DNA of 57,067 nucleotides, filler included, from Basidiobolus ranarum (lineage: Eukaryota): the NCBI GenBank assembly GCA_040143965.1. It is 4 parts of 4 records of this genome, joined end to end, with 100 filler letters (N's around TTAATTAATTAA, not from the genome) between each part and the next. Parts side by side here need not be neighbours in the genome. Positions count along the whole stretch, not along the records: positions 42,899 to 57,067 come from JASJQH010000438.1; 3 more parts are not named here. One strand, 5' to 3'. The position numbers were made by a program, and so were the translations under genes. Of this stretch, positions 49,553 to 57,067 are shown in pieces. The first letter of the stretch is position 1, and each line of letters opens with the position of its first letter. The notes below the pieces were generated by a model. That model searched no databases. It was not told the DNA's origin and was given only the letters and a program-made list of their open reading frames with translations.

Positions 49553-50550
49553 CTCTCATATCCAGTGCAGGAGGGGAATGTAGTGGCGAAGGCACGAAAC
49601 TAAGTAAGCGATAAATTGGAGCGCAGAATGGAGTCGTACTTATGGATTATTTATGTAGCAGCTGTACTACAACGGTAATATAAATCACATTTCTAGGCCT
49701 AACATCCTGCTATCAGGTGTGAGGGTGATGCTTGAGATCTCGGTCACCAAAACCGAGCTTTGAATCTAAATGAAATGATGCCATCACAAGTTATGGGGCT
49801 TCGTAACCTGGAGTCGAACTAGTTTCGTAACGGATCAAGAAAAAAGGGTACATGAGATTGGCTTTAATCTGCCAGTCGTAAATCATCTCACATATGCGGT
49901 TGTGTGACGAGAATGAGAAAACCAGGGTCTCTGGTATGAAGGTTGTCAAATGGTCTCTGGCATGAAGGCTGTCGAATGATATCAATCGATAGTAATATTT
50001 GTAATCAGTGATCATCCATCTAAAGTTAAGAATTAGCCGCACATTAACCAAGAGCGGATCGACACCTCACAACAGTGCATATATTCTCACTAGTATACGG
50101 CTGGCACAACAAAGAGGTTGCCTTAATTGTTCAATAACAGGAATCTGGCCATCATTTCCATAACTATCGACAAGTACGGACTTGGGTATCAAGACGATTA
50201 ATACGAAGCACTACTAATCCACGAGTGTACGGGAAAGTATGGTTGTCAACGTTTATTCGAGTACATGATTTAGTATATTCAGCTATTCATTCAGCTATTC
50301 CGATTCTTTCTATTTGAAACCGAAACCATTAGAGTAATTCGAATTAATAAAGATGGTTGATTGTACAAGGCAACCTGAACACCGCACTCAAGATATGATG
50401 CAGATCTGGCTCCGAATAAAGGTTGTGTTTGTAAATTAAAATTCGAGGGAAGAGGGGATACTTGGGGGATACGTAATTAAAGTACAGGTGTTTGGTATCT
50501 ACTGGGAATTATTCGAAATATCGTGATGGATATCTACTCGACTGCTCCTC

Positions 50551-52395
50551 CTATTGGTCATCGGAGTTAACTCTCTCTTTGCACTTTCTTATCTCATCGG
50601 TCCAGTCGGTAAGCAAAATAGATGCTCCCTGACCAATAGACACAACCACCAACGCCACCAACAATCCCCACCAGATACCTGCCAAACCAATTTCTCTAAC
50701 AAAGGCAAGATAATATCCAATAGGAAAGGCAATCAGATAATACGCAGCAATATTAACATATGCTCCGACTTCTTGTTTTCCTTGTCCACGTAGAACTCCA
50801 CCGGTTACTCCACCTAAACCGTCAAATACCTTTGGTAACGTTAGAATACGAACAATGGAACATATACTAACGAACTGTAACTAACTTGAAACAAAGCACC
50901 AATTGGTAAAACTGCCGCGACTAGCTTAATTACCGATTCATCATTATTGAACAGATAACCCCAAACATTTCTGAGTGAAAATAAGAGAGTAGAGTTGAAC
51001 ATCCCAAACATGACAGCCAGAATAAGAGAACAGTATGAGGCTACTCTGGCGTGATTAGGTCTGCTGGCGCCAAGCAAATTGCCCACTCGATTACTAGAGG
51101 CAATACTAATGCCTATAAGCGTAGTTATTAGTACACCATTGTGATCTCAATCAAATTACTGAAAGCCTTACCCATTGGAAGTGTATAAAATAAAGAACAA
51201 GTAGTAAGAATAATCGATTGTGCGGCTAACGATACAGTTCCAAAATACGCGGCTGCCAATGCAGAGACTTCAAAAGCCCACCACTCGCAACATATCATGA
51301 TGGTTCCAGGAAAAGCTGAGATATAATTAGCATTCTGTTATGTCGAGTTCATACATTCAAAAGTAATTACCAAGCTTTAAGAAAGGCACCCATCCCTCTA
51401 GAGCTTTTCTACTCCAGCCACCCCAAGCCTCACTACCAGCAATATATTTGGTATAAAGAATAAGGAGAACCAACATTAACATGTAGGTACATGATGTAGC
51501 TAAAGGAGCTCCAATAAATCCAAGGTTAAAAGGTTTGCCCCATACGAACCAATAGTTGGTTACCATATTCAAGGGACTGGTAATCAAGAGAACACATGTA
51601 CTAGCATGCATAATTCCTATATTTATGCAATACTTGTAAGCTCGAAAAATTCTACTTAAATCCATATCAATACTAACCTTGTGCCTGTAAATATCTCTTG
51701 AGACATTCAAAACAAACAAAAGGAAAGGCTCCTGGTAATAGGTATCTCATGAAAACTCCAGAAAGTGCTGCTAGTTCAGGGTCTTGGTTCAACCAAAGCA
51801 AAAGGTACTCAGCATTCAGCCAAAGGCAAGAAATGGGAATGAATAGTATGAGCATAATGCAAAGGGCTCGTTGAAGGTAAACACCCAGAGCATGTGGGTC
51901 ATCTGAGCCAGTGTATGCTTGGCTACCCAAAGTATCAAGGGCTGTCGATATACCAACAGAGACAGACCAACATGTTACAGCAGCAAACATACTCGCAAGG
52001 GCAGACACGGCAAGTTCTAAACAAGGTGAAGTAGGATATTTTTGTTAGATATCAAGAAGCGAAGAGTCATCTCGAATTTGTAAACATGTACCAGTTGGTC
52101 CCTATAAAAAATCAAATTAATCAGTATAAGAACAGTATGGCGTTCACTAGACAAGAAGGGTGCTTACCAAGTGGCCGAGAGAAAATACACTAGCTAATTG
52201 GATTGAGCTCTGAAGAAGATACGAAAGAACGACTGGTGCAGAAAGGGTTAGAAGCACCCAAATCTCGGACTTCCATACTTTCAACTTCGGAAATCTCTCA
52301 ACATCATCGGTATAGGCTTTAGGTAAAAGAGGTACTTGTTCACCGATTAAAGTAATGTTAGACTGTACATCTATATCATTGGCCATCGTGGTCAT
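50551..52395 (-). CDS. MATE family efflux transporter (Erc1-like); 7 exons, about 490 aa
   Basis: Exons 52168-52395, 52092-52101 (10-nt micro-exon), 51678-52016, 51371-51616, 51172-51315, 50886-51112, 50551-50829, total 1473 nt. Motifs SLGHLGPTELA, ALDTLGSQAYTG, KRYLQAQG, EWWAFE, NRVGNLLGA, FQVFDG...GVLRGQGKQ. Confidence 0.93.
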
Positions 52396-53196
52396 TATCA
52401 CCAGCTAAGGTACGAGAACCAACCTGGGGAGTCTATTGGGCGGATTTATATACAAAATTGACACCATTAAAAAAATTCCATTTCGCTTTCAAACCGTGCC
52501 AAATCAGTTATGTAAGATTAGGCAATCTCTAAACTGGTTGGTCCAAATACAGATCACCTTCCATACAAAAGTCTGCATGAGAGGAGAAAAAAATCAAGAA
52601 ATAACCAATAATTATGACTAACCATTGATCAATATTCCCAAGAATTTCCGCAATAGTAGTTCCTTAGATGCTCCGAACAGAGTCTAAAGCAATTCCTTTG
52701 GATACTTGATCATGTGCTACAATGAATTCATCACTTGTATAAAAATTACTAATATGGCTCTTTACTTGCCCTATTTTCTGAGGGTTGTTTACAGATCCAC
52801 CCCCTAATTTAGCCCTAATTGTATTAAGCTTAATGCAGAGTAATACAATTAGTACAGAGCTCCAGAAAATATGCCAACGCCTGGAGTTAATATTTGTGCT
52901 TTCAAGCATTGAATACCAACATTGTTTTTGCTGCAAATATCGCTAATGCTTCAAATGCGAACCGCTATATTCTTATAGGTTAACGTATTCCATGTGACTA
53001 AAGTTAAGTCACCGAGAATATTCCTTAGTACATTCTTTATTACTCCCTTGCACGCGGTCGATACAGATCTCGTGCCAATTTCGCCATTTGTCCCAATCCT
53101 TTAAGATAGTTTAACATGCATCTTGAAGAATTCGATGTAAACTTTTGTTTTTATATATATTATTAGTCTATATCAAAATATCGATTGACAAAAATG

Positions 53197-53268
53197 GGGC
53201 TCAACCGGGAATTGAACCCGGGACCTCCACGACCCGAACGAGGAATCATACGACTAGACCATTGAGCC
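53197..53268 (-). tRNA. tRNA-Pro(CGG), intronless
   Basis: GGCTCAA TG GTCTAGTCGTATGATT CCTCG TT-CGG-GT CGTGG AGGTC CCGGG TTCAATT CCCGG TTGAGCC C, followed by a T5 Pol III terminator. Acceptor and T stems pair fully. There is one U-U pair in the anticodon stem and CG in place of the D-loop GG. Confidence 0.85.
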
Positions 53269-53860
53269 CGATATATTTAATGAGATCATGTTGAGAACCA
53301 ATATTGCCAAATCAAATATGTCGAGGAATTCAAACTTTATTGTTATATTTCGAATATTGAACTCCAGTGTTGCAATCTTTGTACCTACAAAATACCTTGT
53401 CAGATGAGATACAATGCAGTAATCAGCAAGTTGTATTGGCGTAGGCTTAACCTGTCTCATGAAGGCTTAGAGAATCTGCTTTTAGCTTCAACAACGTCCA
53501 TTTGTTCTTCTCTGTTTCCCACACTGCCTTACAACTTCCAAAATGGAGCAGCTAAAGATCTAAATTTATGTCTTCATTCTCTATTGACAAAGATGTCGGA
53601 GTTGACACATATTTTGGAGATTTCAGTTTCCAGTCAATAACTAGGAGCAACTGTTCATTTGATATTTTTCCAATTGAAGGGTACACTTCAAGCCTTGCAA
53701 TATATTTAAGCATATATTCAATATCTATCGAGCACTTTCATTGCTTTTTCCATAGTAATCGAGGTCATTAATAGCCAGATAGATAGAGTTTGTTAGTAGC
53801 TTTGAGTACATTTCAGTAATCATATCTGATATGAGCTGCTCGTTGAGTCGCCTTCTACTT

Positions 53861-54204
53861 GTTAAAGTATTTTGGGGGGTTTGTTGGAAGTGGTTTTGAA
53901 GAACTGGAAGAATTGATGGTTTTCACTTATTGATTTATTGAGTAGACAGTTGACATATATAGTTTTGTTAGGATATAAGCAGCCTAAGGTATAGAATGTG
54001 TTAAGGAAGGTCCCAGGAACAGGTGTGCCAAGTTTGGGACTTCTAGCATTAGTTTGAAAAAGTCTGAGAACTTTCAAGTTGGTAAAAGTAATCTAAGTTC
54101 CGATTGAGAGTAGTAGGTGATAACTTAATTATATATAGCTTAGTAGTTAGCTATTCTATATTGAACTGTCTAGGTGTTTAGGCAATGCTCATTTCAAAAC
54201 TACT
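53861..54204. repeat. Dispersed ~340-bp non-coding repeat, copy C
   Basis: Full-length collinear similarity to 11994-12312 and partial similarity to 42899-43280. Confidence 0.85.
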
Positions 54205-55059
54205 CTATTATTGTAATAGGAGCAAATTTGCTTGAACACAGTGGAGCTCCAACTGGTACATGTTTTTAATCGCTCTCTTCCCTTGAAATTACTACTTGGA
54301 GGACTTCAGCCTTTGAAAAGAGATTATTAAGAATTAGAGTAAATTTGAGTTTGATGCATTTATACTCATAAATTTCTATTAGATTACACAAATAATACTA
54401 AAGAAACAATGTAGGGTAGTTCAGAGCAAATATTATAGAAAAATAAGCCATCTTAGAGTTTATTGAGACAGCTTTAGAGCTCCAAGTCCAGTATTGCTCA
54501 CTATTGGATATTTCATATACAACAAGTATATATATTCCAATTAAACTGTATGATATTTGACTAAGAAGTTTTAACTAACTTGGCTGGGATATGTGATATA
54601 GTTGAGTGTATTATGATAGGAATAACAAATATGATCAAGATAATTAACTTCAAGTGGTATCTCTTGAATAGATAAATTATAGTATGATCCAGGCCCACAT
54701 TTGCTGCATAAAGGATATTAAGTATCATAGGCCAATAATACTAAATGTTCTGAAGTGGTGGAAGTCTACATACCAAAGGATCTCTGCTTTGTCACGTTTG
54801 AGAGGAAACATATTGCATTCATTACAGGTAATCTATAAATTGATGAAAGATACTTGGCCAAGGATGTGTCTCTTCGAATAGGGAGTATGAATATCTAACT
54901 TTTATTAATAGCTTCGGATTTACATTGAGAGATAAGAGTGTCGGCTTAGCTCATTACTATAGGTAGGATATTTGTATAATGGATATCTCCATGATGTTCC
55001 CAGTGTGTATTAACTATACTTTAACCATTCTTACTCTCTCAGTATTCATGCTTTTTGAC

Positions 55060-55764
55060 TCAATAGTTACTACTACTGTTGTGGTAGTTTTCTTTAGGCC
55101 CATCTCCTTTAACGTTACCTTTGTGGGTGTTCTCATTTGTGTATTCAATTCCAGCAAGGTTGTGACTTTCAGAATGTTTGGTGTTATCATGTACATCACG
55201 ACCTGAATCATAACTGCCGTGATAATTACTATCACTTAGTCCATGCTTACCAGCGTTATAACCATCAACTCCCTCATACCTATTTGAGGTACGGTGTTTT
55301 TTGGCATCAGTATTATTATCGTAGTCTTCTTTATCCTCGTTGTGTTTACCAGAATCAGAACCATCCATATTGCTACTTCCTTCATGCCCATTGGAGTTAT
55401 AGTGAACGTCATTTTCGCCACTTCTGTCGCTGCCATGATAGTCGCTATCGTTTTCTCCAAAGTCATGTTTTTTCTGACTATTCTCTTTATAACTATCTTT
55501 GGATCCTTGGTAATTATCGTGATTCGGACTAACACCACTAGTCTCATGTTTTGGGTGGGTATTGAGCCTGTCCCAGTCTATACCAGCCTCATAGTGTTTA
55601 TAACTAGTATTCTGGTTGCTGGAGTGATCATTGTTCCGTTGATCGGAATATTCATCGGCATTTGCACCGTTAACTGTACTTCCTGATTGGCCTCCAACGT
55701 TGTAAGCGGGAAGTGCAACTACCGTAGCAATATAGAATAAAGAGGTGAAAAGAGTAATTCTCAT
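55060..55764 (-). CDS. Secreted hydrophilic Asn/Asp/His/Ser/Gly-rich low-complexity protein, 234 aa
   Basis: Clear signal peptide MRITLFTSLFYIATVVA-LP, a cysteine-free disordered body and internal repeats. TATAAAA on the minus strand near 55832-55838. Confidence 0.75.
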   Translation of the reverse strand: MRITLFTSLFYIATVVALPAYNVGGQSGSTVNGANADEYSDQRNNDHSSNQNTSYKHYEAGIDWDRLNTHPKHETSGVSPNHDNYQGSKDSYKENSQKKHDFGENDSDYHGSDRSGENDVHYNSNGHEGSSNMDGSDSGKHNEDKEDYDNNTDAKKHRTSNRYEGVDGYNAGKHGLSDSNYHGSYDSGRDVHDNTKHSESHNLAGIEYTNENTHKGNVKGDGPKENYHNSSSNY

Positions 55765-56833
55765 TTTGACTTGTAATTCCTAAATATGGACTAGAGTAAC
55801 TTGATACATCCCAAATCCAAAAGGTTCCTAGTTTTATACTTGAACTTTAGGGAGTGAAGGGCACCTAACGCTACCCTCGTTGTACGTGTGAATATATTTC
55901 CTTACCCGCTAAATCCTTACCTCCTGCAGTTAGTATTTGGATAGTAAATCTGAATATGTGGCTGCATTAATCAGATTTCTGGGAGTGGGGCTTAATCAAT
56001 CATTTTAAGTTGCAATTGATTGACTGATTTAACGAGGCGATCAAATTTGATTCGATTCCGCTGATCGATTATTGATGAAGTTGATAGGAAGGTAGATACC
56101 ATCATGTTGATCTATCAGTGACATTCCTATGAACCACGAAGCCGCCTTTTTTTTTCAAGAACTGTTGTTTTACCAATGATCTCCCATGAGAGACTTACCA
56201 TTAACAAATGTAGTCGTTGGGGTTAACCAAAAGTATTTCTTCTAACGCCACTGCCCAGACTCTGCTTCATACCTAATACGTTCTATTATGCTTGAAAGTT
56301 GAACGAGTAAAATATTTAATTACTATTTGCTACATGAATCGAAGCCAATCATATTCTACCTGACATATTCAGTTAGCAGCTATTTCAATAATAAACAAGG
56401 AATCTAATGATAGAAGAAGCAATCTTAGATATGACCAAAAGTATAGTTATCAGGTGGATTGGTAATATTGTAAAGAATGCGCTTGATGTGCTTGATTCAA
56501 TTAAACCAAAAAGCGATTTTAACTGAAGCCAACAAATTTATGGCAAATTGTAACCTGATTGTATCTTGAATAATTACCGAAAACTAGGATTAGGCTAGTA
56601 ACGTCAAAAATATCTCGATCAAATCGCTCAAATTAGAAAGAACAATCTTGCAATTAATCCATTTCCGTAACCTACTTCAGTATGATTTTTCTTAATTAAT
56701 TCTATAATGAGTTACTTTCTTATCGTGACCACGACACTATAAAATAGTCATCGAAGTCGTGAATAAAGATCAGAACAGTTTGTCTATATTCCTTAAGTAA
56801 TTAGTACCCTTTGCCATCGATACACAAACCACT

Positions 56834-57067
56834 ATGAGCGAAGAAAAAAAGATCCAGCAGGACACAGAGGTTGACTATGAAATGGCGGATCAGCCCTCTC
56901 CTGAAGACATTAAATTACGCGTTGCCGGAAAAGTTCCTATCGCAGCCTGGTTTATCATCATCACTGAACTATGTGAACGCTTTGCTTTTTACGGAGCGTC
57001 TCTCCTATTCCAACCTTATATGCTCAAGATGCTAGGATTTAGCAAAGGTACCGCTACCGCTGTGAAC
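56834..57067 (+). CDS. PTR2: 5' end (3'-partial) of a POT/PTR2 proton-coupled oligopeptide transporter
   Basis: Not in the ORF track. MSEEKKIQQDTEVDYEMADQPSPEDIKLRVAGKVPIAAWFIIITELCERFAFYGASLLFQPYM... contains the ExxERFxFYG signature. Open to the window end. Confidence 0.93.
   Translation, partial: MSEEKKIQQDTEVDYEMADQPSPEDIKLRVAGKVPIAAWFIIITELCERFAFYGASLLFQPYMLKMLGFSKGTATAVN

Noticed and set aside
54979..55686. Several antisense and alternate-frame ORFs over the secreted protein
   Set aside because: Shadows of the low-complexity 234-aa ORF's codon bias.

Overview
Eukaryotic, AT-rich fungal-type genomic DNA with the standard code and short (about 55-100 nt) GT-AG introns. Gene content suggests an early-diverging fungus (Zoopagomycota/Mucoromycota-like, e.g. 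Basidiobolus); this is an inference. The window is not one locus. It is four contigs of decreasing length (14224, 14194, 14180, 14169 bp) joined by artificial 100-bp N44-TTAATTAATTAA-N44 linkers, so neighbourhood across linkers means nothing. Contig 1: 3' end of MTHFR, an intronless 24-repeat P-class PPR protein, a 171-aa hypothetical gene. Contig 2: a one-intron membrane-anchored PAPS sulfotransferase, an M28 Pff1/ERMP1-like peptidase, the 3' part of a SANT protein. Contig 3: 3' end of a concentrative nucleoside transporter, then a run of decayed genes (PHO84-like fragment, a bacterial-type CHAP hydrolase with a stop in its signal peptide, a class-3 lipase, a tRNA-like relic, a dead LRR duplicate) and an intact roughly 1000-aa LRR-family gene. 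Contig 4: 12-exon UTP13, a 7TM protein, a 7-exon MATE transporter, tRNA-Pro(CGG), a secreted low-complexity protein and the 5' end of a PTR2 transporter. A roughly 320-bp dispersed repeat occurs on two contigs (three loci). I see no multi-gene novel system. The best leads are single genes: the CHAP hydrolase and sulfotransferase (HGT candidates), the PPR with a readable G-rich code, and the LRR family gene.
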